Program-made: the position numbers and the translations under genes
Origin: an uncultured Desulfobacteraceae bacterium
Lineage (GTDB): Bacteria; Desulfobacterota; DSM-4660; Desulfatiglandales; Desulfatiglandaceae
DNA: 46,782 nucleotides
Assembly (NCBI GenBank): GCA_964404085.1
Contig: CAYOIU010000002.1
Coordinates: 1-46,782, forward strand
Direction: 5' to 3'
Shown here: positions 19,110 to 28,095 of the stretch, piece after piece
How positions within the stretch are numbered: the stretch's first letter is position 1
Layout of the letters: each line of letters opens with the position of its first letter
Notes under the pieces: generated by a model
Told to the model about the DNA's origin: nothing
Seen by the model: only the letters and a program-made list of their open reading frames with translations
Database searches by the model: none

Positions 19110-20873
19110 ATGTCAATCACGGATATAACAGTCGAGATCTGTGGAATGTCAGGCGACGGAACCATCGCTGCAGGGGGACTTCTGAATGACGCCCTGGCCG
19201 AAGCAGGATTCTCCATCCTTGCCTTTGATTCCTATCCCGCCGAAATCAGAGGCTTCGGCCGGTGTATCACCCGTTCCAGAATCACCGGGACCGAGGCCCT
19301 TGCCCTGAGTGACAGGACCGACGTCCTCATCTCCCTCGACGACAAACAATCCTTATCCAGGATTCCCATCCTTCGAGAAAACGGAGCGGTCCTCTTTGAC
19401 AACCATCCTCCCGCTTTTGTACCTGAAGGCGAATCCATAGCGGCTCACGTGGGCACGGAGATGCACCTTTTCGGTGCGCCCTTCGGGGACCTGGCATCAG
19501 GGGCCTCCGGCAGCCTCAGGGGCAGGAACCTGGCAGCGCTCGGGGCATTCGCCTCCCTCTTCGGGGTCCCGGCGGAGAGCTTCCACCAAGCCATCCAGAG
19601 AAAATTCGAGTCCAAGGGAGAAGCGATCCTTGACGCAAACCTAAAGTGTTTTGATGCAGGGTTTGAGTACGGGCTCAAGGACCTCGACGATGGAAGTGAC
19701 GGACTTCCAAAACTGGTCGGACAGGCAGGACCCACTGAAGCCTCTCTTCTTTCCGGAAATGTGGCCATTGCACGCGCTGCCCTCGATGCGGGAATCAGCC
19801 TCTATTTCGGTTATCCCATCACCCCCGCCACGCCCATCATGGAATACCTGGCAAAGGAGCTGCCGAAAACGGGGGGGAAAGTGGTCCAGATGGAAGATGA
19901 AATAGCCTCCATCGGAGCGGTGTTGGGCAGTTTTTACGCCGGGAAAAGGGCCATGACCGCCACATCCGGACCCGGCCTCGCGCTTATGACCGAGCTCATC
20001 ACCCATGGGGTCATGGCGGAAATTCCGGCGGTCATCCTGGATGCCCAGAGGGGCGGACCGGCCACGGGTCTGCCCACCAAGACGGAGCAATCGGATCTTC
20101 ACGCGGCCGTTTATGGGGGGCCGGGAGATTCCCCCAGGATCGTTCTTGCGCCTTCCAATGTCCTGGAATGTTATCAGTTCACCCTGAAGAGCTTTCAATT
20201 GGCTGAAAAATACCAGACCCCCGTTATCCTGCTGACCAGTTTCTATCTGGACAACCGCGTGGAGACCCTTCGGCTCCCTTCCAGGAACGAAAGGGATACG
20301 GAGGACTGGAATGTCTATCCGGATGAGGGTTCAAAGGGAAACTACCGGAGATTCAAAATCACCGAATCAGGTATCTCGCCGCGCGCATTGCCGGGAGCCG
20401 AGGGCTTTGTCTTCACCACCACCGGGCTTGAGCATTCCGAAAAGGGTATCCCGGATTACGGTGCCGACAACCATATGCAGATGAGCGATAAGCGGCACAG
20501 GAAGATCGCGGGAGCCCTTCGTGATCTGGCTCCTCCCCAGGAATTCCTGAAGAGCGAAAAACCGGCTCTGGGTGTGATCAGCTGGGGACCTACCTTTGGT
20601 ACGACCCTCGAGGCCGTTGAAAAGGCTCGGGAACAGGGCTTTAACGTTACAGCCCTGAAGATCACTTCTCTCTTCCCATACCATGCTGAGGCCATCGGCC
20701 GATTCATGCAGCGTTGCAAGGACATCCTGATCCCTGAACTCAATTTTCAGGGGCAACTGGCAGACTTGATCGGACATCTTCACAGGAAGGAGGTCATCCG
20801 CCTCAATCAGGTGACGGGGTCGCCCATGGGAGTGGGGACGATCCTCGACAAAATCCGGTCCATTATCGGCTAA
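19110..20873 (+). CDS. korA: 2-oxoglutarate (2-oxoacid):ferredoxin oxidoreductase, fused gamma-alpha subunit
   Basis: 587 aa. The N-terminal gamma-like domain is GMSGDGTIAAGGLL..YPAEIRGFG. The alpha domain has GYPITPATPIMEYL and ATSGPGLALMTE. It starts 1 nt after the upstream stop. Confidence 0.88.
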   Translation: MSITDITVEICGMSGDGTIAAGGLLNDALAEAGFSILAFDSYPAEIRGFGRCITRSRITGTEALALSDRTDVLISLDDKQSLSRIPILRENGAVLFDNHPPAFVPEGESIAAHVGTEMHLFGAPFGDLASGASGSLRGRNLAALGAFASLFGVPAESFHQAIQRKFESKGEAILDANLKCFDAGFEYGLKDLDDGSDGLPKLVGQAGPTEASLLSGNVAIARAALDAGISLYFGYPITPATPIMEYLAKELPKTGGKVVQMEDEIASIGAVLGSFYAGKRAMTATSGPGLALMTELITHGVMAEIPAVILDAQRGGPATGLPTKTEQSDLHAAVYGGPGDSPRIVLAPSNVLECYQFTLKSFQLAEKYQTPVILLTSFYLDNRVETLRLPSRNERDTEDWNVYPDEGSKGNYRRFKITESGISPRALPGAEGFVFTTTGLEHSEKGIPDYGADNHMQMSDKRHRKIAGALRDLAPPQEFLKSEKPALGVISWGPTFGTTLEAVEKAREQGFNVTALKITSLFPYHAEAIGRFMQRCKDILIPELNFQGQLADLIGHLHRKEVIRLNQVTGSPMGVGTILDKIRSIIG

Positions 20874-20882
20874 ACCGGATAA

Positions 20883-20921
20883 ACCGGAATTGCGAATTCA
20901 GGAATTGAGGAATTGAGGAAT
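20883..20921. repeat. Degenerate tandem octamer NNGGAATT (about 5 units) in the korA-korB spacer
   Basis: ccggaatt gcgaatt caggaatt gaggaatt gaggaatt, read directly. It is preceded by the direct repeat AAACCGGA x2 (20871-20888). Confidence 0.7.
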
Positions 20922-20950
20922 TAAAGAAAAGGGTCTCATTCTGGTAGGAA

Positions 20951-21748
20951 ATGAAAACTTCAGGAAAAACAACAGAAGCCCAGGTACAGAACATCGCGGA
21001 TTCCGGGCTTTTTTCCATCCGTTCCGAGAACCTCCCCACGTGGTGCCCGGGCTGCGGATATTTCGGAATCCACCATGGTCTGAATACTGCCATTCAGCAG
21101 CTGGGACTTGAGCATCACCGTGTTGTGGTGGTGTCAGGAATCGGCTGCGCCGGTCGGTATCCCTTTTTTTCCAATACCTATGGACTTCACACGGTACACG
21201 GCCGGGCCCTTCCGGTTTCCACCGGCGTCAAGCTCGCCCGGCCCGAGCTGACCGTCTTCGCCGTGGGTGGCGACGGCGACGGACTGGGCATCGGCGGAGG
21301 GCATCTGCCGCACATCGCGAGAAGGGATGTGGATGTCAATTACCTCCTGTTCGACAATTCCATCTATGGCCTCACCAAGGGACAGCCCTCCCCCAGCTCT
21401 CCGCTCGGGTTCAAGAGCAAGATGTCTCCGGATGGCACCAAAGACGAACCCCTGAACGCCAGCCTGATGGCCCTCTCCTACGGGGCCTCTTTTGTTGCAC
21501 GGCTGTTCGCCGGTGACCCTGAAACCATCTCCGAGACCCTAATGGAAGGCGTGCGCCATGAAGGGTTTGCCTTCTTTCATATCTACTCTCCCTGCGTCAC
21601 CTTTGACAAGATCTTCAAGACCTGGGACCATCTGAAAGAATGGGTACACCCCCTGCCCGCGAGCCATGATGCCCATGACCTGAAAAAAGGCCTGTCGCTT
21701 GCCCTTGACGATCCGTTCGCAATGGGCATCATTTACAAGAGAGATTGA
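20951..21748 (+). CDS. korB: 2-oxoglutarate (2-oxoacid):ferredoxin oxidoreductase beta (TPP-binding) subunit
   Basis: Motifs WCPGCGYFG, SGIGCAG, the TPP motif GGDGDGLGIGGGH...FDNSIYGLTKGQ, and YSPC. Confidence 0.9.
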   Translation: MKTSGKTTEAQVQNIADSGLFSIRSENLPTWCPGCGYFGIHHGLNTAIQQLGLEHHRVVVVSGIGCAGRYPFFSNTYGLHTVHGRALPVSTGVKLARPELTVFAVGGDGDGLGIGGGHLPHIARRDVDVNYLLFDNSIYGLTKGQPSPSSPLGFKSKMSPDGTKDEPLNASLMALSYGASFVARLFAGDPETISETLMEGVRHEGFAFFHIYSPCVTFDKIFKTWDHLKEWVHPLPASHDAHDLKKGLSLALDDPFAMGIIYKRD

Positions 21749-21810
21749 AAAACCGGAAAGGAAAAGTTTCGGATAAAAGCCGATAATCCCTCAAAATGAA
21801 AGGGAACATC

Positions 21811-23025
21811 ATGGCGGAAAATGTAAACATCAAGAACACAGGCCTCAGGGGTGTCACCGTTGCAGACACCAAGATCAGTTTCATTGATGGTAACCAGGGC
21901 ATTCTCATCTACAGGGGTTACCGCATTGAAGACCTGGCCGAAAAGGCCTCTTACATGGAGGTGGCCTCGCTCCTCCTGAACGGAACCCTCCCCTCCAAAA
22001 AAGAACTGGCCAGACTCGAATCAGAAGTCCTGGCATCGAGGAACCTGCCGGACCCGCTGTATGATGTCCTGAAGACCTTCCCGAAAAATGCGGATCCCAT
22101 GGACGTTCTCCAGGCGACAGTCCCGGCCCTGGCAATGTGGGACCCGGATCTTCTCGGAGAAGACAGGAATGCAAACGTGCGTATGGCCACGAGACTCATA
22201 GCCCGCCTTCCCCTGCTCATGGCCGCCTGGGACAGAATCAGGAAAGGACTTGACCCTTTGACACCGGATGATTCTCTCTCCCACGCCGCAAACTTCCTCT
22301 GGCTTCTTAGCGGCAAGTGCCCTTCCCCTTCAATGGCAAAGGACCTGGATACCTGCCTGGTGCTGCATGCCGACCACACCTTCAACGCTTCCACATTTGC
22401 CTGCAGGCAGGTGGCTTCCACCCGTGCTCATCTCTATGCCGGCGTTGCCGCCGGGATCGGTGCCCTTTCAGGCAGTCTGCACGGAGGGGCCAACACGCGG
22501 GTCATGAAGATGCTCCTGGAGTTGTCCTCGGAGGAGGATATCCCTTCCTGGGTGAAGAGAAGGCTGGAAAGCGGCGAGAGGATCATGGGAATGGGTCACG
22601 CGGTTTACAAGACCATGGACCCGAGGGCCGGGTATCTCAAAGAAATGGGAGCAAGACTGGCAGAGGAAACGGGCGAGAAGAGCCTTTATCAGCGTTCCCT
22701 TGACGTGGAGCGGGCTGCCTTGGAAGAATTCGAGAAAAGAGGAAAAAAAGAGATCAGACCCAACGTGGATTTCTACAGTGCACCTGTTTACTACATGATG
22801 GGGATTCCACTGGACCTCATGACCCCCATTTTTGCCATGTCCCGTGTTGCCGGATGGACGGCCCACATCATTGAAGAAAAATTCGGGGAAGCGCAGGAAA
22901 AACCCGCTCTCTACCGACCGAAGGCGGAATACGTTGGAGAATACTGTGGGCTCATGGGATGTGAATATGCGCCTCTCGACGGCAGGGAAGATCGAGGCCC
23001 GGACGCGTCATTCCGGACCCCCTGA
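21811..23025 (+). CDS. gltA: Citrate synthase (short, type I-like)
   Basis: Motifs LVLHADHTFNAST, GSLHGGAN, MGMGHAVYK, NVDFYS and RVAGWTAH. The ATG at 21811 has AAAGGGAAC upstream. The track start at 21796 has no RBS. Confidence 0.9.
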   Translation: MAENVNIKNTGLRGVTVADTKISFIDGNQGILIYRGYRIEDLAEKASYMEVASLLLNGTLPSKKELARLESEVLASRNLPDPLYDVLKTFPKNADPMDVLQATVPALAMWDPDLLGEDRNANVRMATRLIARLPLLMAAWDRIRKGLDPLTPDDSLSHAANFLWLLSGKCPSPSMAKDLDTCLVLHADHTFNASTFACRQVASTRAHLYAGVAAGIGALSGSLHGGANTRVMKMLLELSSEEDIPSWVKRRLESGERIMGMGHAVYKTMDPRAGYLKEMGARLAEETGEKSLYQRSLDVERAALEEFEKRGKKEIRPNVDFYSAPVYYMMGIPLDLMTPIFAMSRVAGWTAHIIEEKFGEAQEKPALYRPKAEYVGEYCGLMGCEYAPLDGREDRGPDASFRTP

Positions 23026-23043
23026 TTTCCTCTTTACGTCCCT

Positions 23044-23550
23044 TCACGCGGCCGGCACGAATTCCTCTTTCCCTTTCCCGCAGGTGGGGCATTTCTCCGG
23101 AGGCTCCCCTTCCACGGTGTACCCGCAGACTTTACATATGTGGAGATTCCCCAACTCCAGGTCCTTTCCTTCCCTTAGTGCATTCACCGCCTTCTCGTAG
23201 AAATCCGCATGGGTCCTCTCCGCCTCACCGGCCCAGAAAAAGCTGTTCAAGGCAGCATTATCGGCATCCCTCTCCGCCTGGTTGATAAACATGGGATACA
23301 TGCCGGTGTATTCATCTGACTCCCCTTTCAGAGCTTCCCGCGCGTTCTCTTCAGTTGTTTTGACGTCACCCAGTGCATCGAGGTGATTGAGGGCGTGAAT
23401 GGTCTCGGATTCCGCTATGACCCGGAAAAGCCTCGCGATATTTGCAAAACCCTCTTCATCGGCCTTTTTCGAATAAGCCAGATATTTCCGGTTCGCCTGG
23501 GATTCTCCGGCAAATGCTTCCTTCAGATTCTTGCGTGTCTGGTTTGACAT
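23044..23550 (-). CDS. rbr: Rubrerythrin
   Basis: Di-iron ExxH motifs (ESETIHA, EAERTHA) plus the C-terminal rubredoxin-like CKVCGY...CPTCG. The ATG at 23550 is preceded by GGAGG at 8 nt. The track start at 23571 is TTG. Confidence 0.92.
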   Translation of the reverse strand: MSNQTRKNLKEAFAGESQANRKYLAYSKKADEEGFANIARLFRVIAESETIHALNHLDALGDVKTTEENAREALKGESDEYTGMYPMFINQAERDADNAALNSFFWAGEAERTHADFYEKAVNALREGKDLELGNLHICKVCGYTVEGEPPEKCPTCGKGKEEFVPAA

Positions 23551-24016
23551 TTGAAACCTCCATAAGTTCAAGATTGTTGCAATGCAGTTTTTATCTCGGT
23601 CTTTGGTTTCGGAAAATTAGCAGAAGACAACCTGGAAGTCAATGAAGTCCTTGTCGGATCGAAGCAACGCCAGCCATTTGGCCATCCCATCTCTGGTCAC
23701 AATTCCACCCATCGGGGATAAAAAATCAGGGTTAAAGGCCTCAACGGTCTCACACAATAGGAACAAACACGAGACGAAAGAAAGGATTGAAAAAAAGGAA
23801 ATATTTTGATATTAGCAAAGTACAATCTTTTTTTTCTCCAATGTCAACGGCGGGAAGTCGGTCCCGGTTCACGTCAGCCATCACCTCCCTTGTAATGGGG
23901 TGCGAATCCGTCAATTTCATCCGTTTTTCCATTTGATTCATAACGTTGAGTAGAGGAAACCATAACATTCCTGGCGAAAACCTTTTAACCAATGTCCAGA
24001 AGAAGGAGGGCAAAAC

Positions 24017-25294
24017 ATGAAAAGGTACACCTGGATTTTTTTCATCTTCTTGTTGTTTTTCGGGCTATTGACAGGGCCTCAGGTCCGGGCCGTCCGTGCG
24101 GCTCAACCGATAATTGTGGGGGTTCCGACCTCCCTCGGATTCCTGGAAGGGAAGGAAGGCCTCAGAGCGGTGGAGATGGCTGTGGGGGAGATCAACGCAA
24201 AGGGCGGCGTGATGGTGGGCAGAGAGAAGAGACCCTTCAAGGTTGAATCCATCGACATCCGCGACGCTGCTCCGGGTGTGCCCGTGCCTGAGGCCCTCCT
24301 GGGCATAGAAAAGCTCATCCTAGAAAAGAAGCCGACCGCCCTGTTGGTAGGGCCATTCCGCTCGGAAGCCCTCCTGGCCGGCATGGATCTGATTGCCAAG
24401 TACAAGATCCCCCTTATCGGCAGCATCGCCATGACCCCGGCCTCCGAGAAAAAGATTAAGGAAAATCCCGAGAAGTTCAAATACGTATTCCGGAGTTCCC
24501 TCAATGTAACGGGCTGGGTGGGCCTGCTCGTGGGCACCATGAAGACGCTCAACCAGAAGTTTGGTTTCAAGAAGTTCTATCTCATGAACCAGGATGTCCT
24601 CTGGGCCCGCGGCACGGCCAAAGCCATGGAAGGCTGGTTTAAGAAAAGCGGCTGGGAGGTGCTCGGGCATGACGAGTTCCCCACGGGTTCCGCGGATTTC
24701 TCCAGCGGCCTCATGAAAACCAATGCCTCGGGGGCACAGATCCTGTTTACCTGCTTTGATATGCCCCAGAGCGGCATCCTGGTGAACCAGTGGAAGTCCA
24801 TGAAAGTCCCCGCACTGATGGTGGGTTTTATTTCTCCTATGGCCGGACAGGGGGCCTGGAAGACCTTCCATGGAAAAATCGGCGGCCTGCTGAATGCCGT
24901 CTTCGAGTTGGGCAATATCGGTGCGGTCAAATACCCGCACGCCACTCGGTTCCACCAAGCGTACAAAAAGAAGTACGGGAAATACATCGAGGCCGGCCAT
25001 GGTCCCGCGCCGAGCTATGAATCCGTCTATTTGCTCAAAGATGCCATCGAAAAGGCGAATTCCCTGGATGCCGATGCCATTGTGGCCGCGTTGGAAAAGG
25101 CCGACCGCAAGGGAGTCATGGGGCGCGAAAGATTCTCACCGGGCCACCAGGTGATCTTTGGTGTAGACCCGGCTGAGACGGCGACAGGCTGTTTCTTTCA
25201 ATGGAATCAAAAGGGACAGCGGATCATCGTTTATCCACACGCTATTGCCGAAGGTGAGATCCAACTCCCTCCATGGATGAAGTCGGCCAAGTAG
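24017..25294 (+). CDS. ABC transporter substrate-binding protein, Leu/Ile/Val-binding (LivK-like) family
   Basis: Signal peptide MKRYTWIFFIFLLFFGLLTGPQVRAVRA, then IIVGVPTSLGFLEGKEG..AVGEINAKGGV, typical of the type-I periplasmic binding fold. GAAGGAGGG RBS. First gene of a liv-type operon. Confidence 0.9.
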   Translation: MKRYTWIFFIFLLFFGLLTGPQVRAVRAAQPIIVGVPTSLGFLEGKEGLRAVEMAVGEINAKGGVMVGREKRPFKVESIDIRDAAPGVPVPEALLGIEKLILEKKPTALLVGPFRSEALLAGMDLIAKYKIPLIGSIAMTPASEKKIKENPEKFKYVFRSSLNVTGWVGLLVGTMKTLNQKFGFKKFYLMNQDVLWARGTAKAMEGWFKKSGWEVLGHDEFPTGSADFSSGLMKTNASGAQILFTCFDMPQSGILVNQWKSMKVPALMVGFISPMAGQGAWKTFHGKIGGLLNAVFELGNIGAVKYPHATRFHQAYKKKYGKYIEAGHGPAPSYESVYLLKDAIEKANSLDADAIVAALEKADRKGVMGRERFSPGHQVIFGVDPAETATGCFFQWNQKGQRIIVYPHAIAEGEIQLPPWMKSAK

Positions 25295-25304
25295 TGTGAC
25301 ATAT

Positions 25305-25334
25305 GGGGGATGATGTTTGGGGCCATCATCCCCC
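25305..25334 (+). terminator. Perfect 11-bp stem-loop directly after the binding-protein gene (attenuator/mRNA-stabiliser type, no U-tract)
   Basis: GGGGGATGATG (25305-25315), loop TTTGGGGC, then CATCATCCCCC (25324-25334). It is followed by GTTCAACC, so it is not a canonical intrinsic terminator. Confidence 0.45.
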
Positions 25335-25376
25335 GTTCAACCAATCCCATCCAACGCATAAGGGTCAGCAATACCA

Positions 25377-26249
25377 ATGTTCTGGGGCACCGTTGTCTAT
25401 GCAGTGGTCAACTCGGCGAGTCTTACGCTCGTCGCGCTGGGATTCAACCTTACGTTCGGTATCAGTGGGGTTGCCAATTTCGCCTATGGTGCCTTTTACA
25501 TAGGGGCGGCCTTTCTCTGCTGGATCTTTCTCAACACGCTGAGCCTGCCTTATCTGCTGTCCGTCATAATCGCCGTGCTGACTACGACCGGTTTTGGCGC
25601 CTTGATCTACCGCACCGTTTTGGTGCGGGTGCGGGGGCAGGCCCTCTCCGAGGTAATTGTCACATTCGGCATCGGCTTGGCCATCCTGGAGCTTTTCAGA
25701 TACCTGGGTTTTATTGGTTTTGAGTATACCCTTCCGGTCTTTGTGGACAAAAGCTTCATGATCGCAGGGGCCTTTGTTGATATGCAGCGCATTTTGATTG
25801 TGATCATCGGCGCAGCCCTTGTGACCGGGCTTTGGCTTTTTACACACTACACGTCGCTCGGCCTTGCCTTCAGGGCAATCGCGCAGGATGAACGCACCGC
25901 GCTCACCTTCGGCATGGATTCGGACTGGATCGCCACCCTCAGCGTCTCCTTCGGTGCCGGGCTCGCAGCCATCGCCTCCACGGTGATTATTCCGCTCGGA
26001 ACCATTTCAGTCAGCGAGGGATACGATGTGCTGATCAGAGCGTTGGCCGTTTGCATTGTTGGAGGCCTTGGCAGCACCGGCGGTGTCATTCTGGCCAGTT
26101 TTGTGATCGGATTTGCCGAACGTTTCACGGACACGTACATCGGTTCCCATTGGACCATGCTCGTGAGCCTGGCCGCACTGCTCATCGTACTCATTGTCAA
26201 GCCGTCGGGGTTGTTCGGAAAGCAGAAGGAACTGGAAGAAAGGATCTAG
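25377..26249 (+). CDS. Branched-chain-amino-acid-type ABC permease (LivH-like)
   Basis: 290-aa polytopic protein with GFNLTFGISGVANFAYGAFY and GGLGSTGGVILASFVIG. Confidence 0.9.
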   Translation: MFWGTVVYAVVNSASLTLVALGFNLTFGISGVANFAYGAFYIGAAFLCWIFLNTLSLPYLLSVIIAVLTTTGFGALIYRTVLVRVRGQALSEVIVTFGIGLAILELFRYLGFIGFEYTLPVFVDKSFMIAGAFVDMQRILIVIIGAALVTGLWLFTHYTSLGLAFRAIAQDERTALTFGMDSDWIATLSVSFGAGLAAIASTVIIPLGTISVSEGYDVLIRALAVCIVGGLGSTGGVILASFVIGFAERFTDTYIGSHWTMLVSLAALLIVLIVKPSGLFGKQKELEERI

Positions 26250-26336
26250 AAGAAACGCGACACACGGCGCATGGAGCGCGGCGCCATCGGCCAACTACTA
26301 TGAGCTGTCAGCTATCAGCTTCCATCCGGAGTGTAG

Positions 26337-27341
26337 ATGAAAAGACGGAAAGAGAGAATCGATCGTGGCATAAAGGCGAGGTCCGGTGCGATCTTCGCCC
26401 TCTGCTCGTGGCGCGAAATGTCTTACCTGGCCTTTCCCAGGCTGCTTCCCATTGTCGGATGTCTGGTATTGCCGCTGGTCCTGAGCGGATACTGGCAAAA
26501 GGTACTGCTTTCCGTGGCTGTTTTCGCCCTGCTCGCCATCAGCTGGGACATTCTCGCCCAGAGCGGCATGGTCTCTTTGGGTCAGGCCCTTTTTTTCGGC
26601 ATGGGCGCCTACGTGGCAGGGATATTCAATCATTACTTCGGATGGTCCCCTTTCGCGACGATTCCCTTGGCTACGGTCCTCGGCGGGGCTTTCTGCACCC
26701 TCCTGCTCTTGCCGGTGTTGAGGTTGCGTGGCATATACTTCGCCATGGTCACGCTCATCATCCCGCTGATGTTGGTAAGGGTCATCGAGGCAAGCAAGAT
26801 TTTCGGAGGAACCGAGGGCATCAGTGGGTTGAGCCCGCTGCCATCGGCATGGGTTGAAGTGTATCTGGCTCTGATCGCTTTGCTGGCCGCCCTTTTCGGA
26901 TTCAGACGGATGATGGACTCGGATTATGGCCTGGTTCTCAAGGCCATCAACGACAATGATCGGTCGGTCATGAATGCCGGGATCAATATCTACTGGTACA
27001 AGGTGCAGGCCCTCTTTATTGCCAGCGCCATCGGCGCCTTCGCAGGCGCGCTCATGACCCACGTTTATATGTTTGTCGGAATGCCGGTTTTCGCTCTTGA
27101 CTATTCCATATTGCCCATTGCCGCCGCGGTGGTCGGAGGTCCCGGGACGCTTGCCGGCGCCATGCTGGGCGCCTTTATCCTCGTCCCCCTCTCCGAACTC
27201 CTGCGCGGAATCGGCGGGCTTCGTATCGTATTTTACGGCCTGTTTCTGGTCGTCTTTATCGTTGCGTTGCCCGAAGGCCTCTTCCATTACATTCAAAGGA
27301 AGTATTTCCAATTCGAGAGATTGGCGGAGGTCGAAAAATGA
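26337..27341 (+). CDS. Branched-chain-amino-acid-type ABC permease (LivM-like)
   Basis: 334-aa polytopic protein with SGMVSLGQALFFGMGAYV and GGTEGISG. GGAG lies 6 nt upstream of the ATG. Confidence 0.9.
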   Translation: MKRRKERIDRGIKARSGAIFALCSWREMSYLAFPRLLPIVGCLVLPLVLSGYWQKVLLSVAVFALLAISWDILAQSGMVSLGQALFFGMGAYVAGIFNHYFGWSPFATIPLATVLGGAFCTLLLLPVLRLRGIYFAMVTLIIPLMLVRVIEASKIFGGTEGISGLSPLPSAWVEVYLALIALLAALFGFRRMMDSDYGLVLKAINDNDRSVMNAGINIYWYKVQALFIASAIGAFAGALMTHVYMFVGMPVFALDYSILPIAAAVVGGPGTLAGAMLGAFILVPLSELLRGIGGLRIVFYGLFLVVFIVALPEGLFHYIQRKYFQFERLAEVEK

Positions 27342-28090
27342 ATGCCGGACCTCTGCTCCAGGTCTCCCAGGTCAGAAAAGCCTTCGGCGGCGTCCAGGCG
27401 ATCAACCGGGTCAGTTTTGACGTCTCCTCCGGCGAATTACTGGGGATTATTGGTCCCAACGGGTCCGGCAAAACCACCATCGTCAATCTCATCACGGGCT
27501 TTGTGAAACCGACTTCCGGAGAAGTCTTTTACAGGGGCAAGAACATCACCAATTGGGCGCCCCACAGAATCGTGAGGCTCGGGATCGCAAGGACCTTTCA
27601 GATGGTTAAGCCCTTCTATCAACTGCCCGCTTACAAGAACATGATCATTCCCCTCTATTCCCCGAGGGTGAAGGACCTCGCCGGTGGTAAATACGGCGAC
27701 AGAGACGCGGTGGCCTTGGACCTACTGGAAGACGTGGGTTTTGAAAGAGATTCCTTTGTCGCTTACAAAGTTGCCAGCGTGCTGCCGCAGGGTTATCTCA
27801 AGAGACTCGAGCTGGCCAAAGCGATGGCCCTGCAACCGGACCTGCTGATCCTGGACGAACTCTTTTCCGGGCTGAGCCTGGCAGAGGTGGCCAGTATAGT
27901 CCCCATCATCGAGAAGCTGCGCCAGGAGGGCAAAACCATTATCATGATCGAACACCGGTTGAAGGAGCTGTTCAGGATAGCGGATCGGGTCCTCGTTCTG
28001 AACTTCGGAACCAAGATCGCGGATGGACCTGCGGAGCAGGTGATGGAGAGCGAAGATGTCAAGAAGGCCTATTTGGGTACGGAGGCCTGA
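27338..28090 (+). CDS. ABC transporter ATP-binding protein (LivG-like)
   Basis: Walker A GPNGSGKTT, signature-like LPQGYLKRLELAKAM, Walker B LLILDE. Its ATG overlaps the livM-like stop. Confidence 0.92.
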   Translation: MNAGPLLQVSQVRKAFGGVQAINRVSFDVSSGELLGIIGPNGSGKTTIVNLITGFVKPTSGEVFYRGKNITNWAPHRIVRLGIARTFQMVKPFYQLPAYKNMIIPLYSPRVKDLAGGKYGDRDAVALDLLEDVGFERDSFVAYKVASVLPQGYLKRLELAKAMALQPDLLILDELFSGLSLAEVASIVPIIEKLRQEGKTIIMIEHRLKELFRIADRVLVLNFGTKIADGPAEQVMESEDVKKAYLGTEA

Positions 28091-28095
28091 CGGGA

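Noticed and set aside
20871-20921. Tandem repeats checked as a possible CRISPR or minisatellite array.
   Set aside because: The units are 8 nt with no spacers and about 50 nt in total. This is not CRISPR-like.
23750-24013. 87-aa minus-strand ORF in the rubrerythrin/liv spacer.
   Set aside because: There is no RBS, the composition is odd (F/L-rich), and it overlaps the RBS and likely promoter of the binding-protein gene. Probably spurious.
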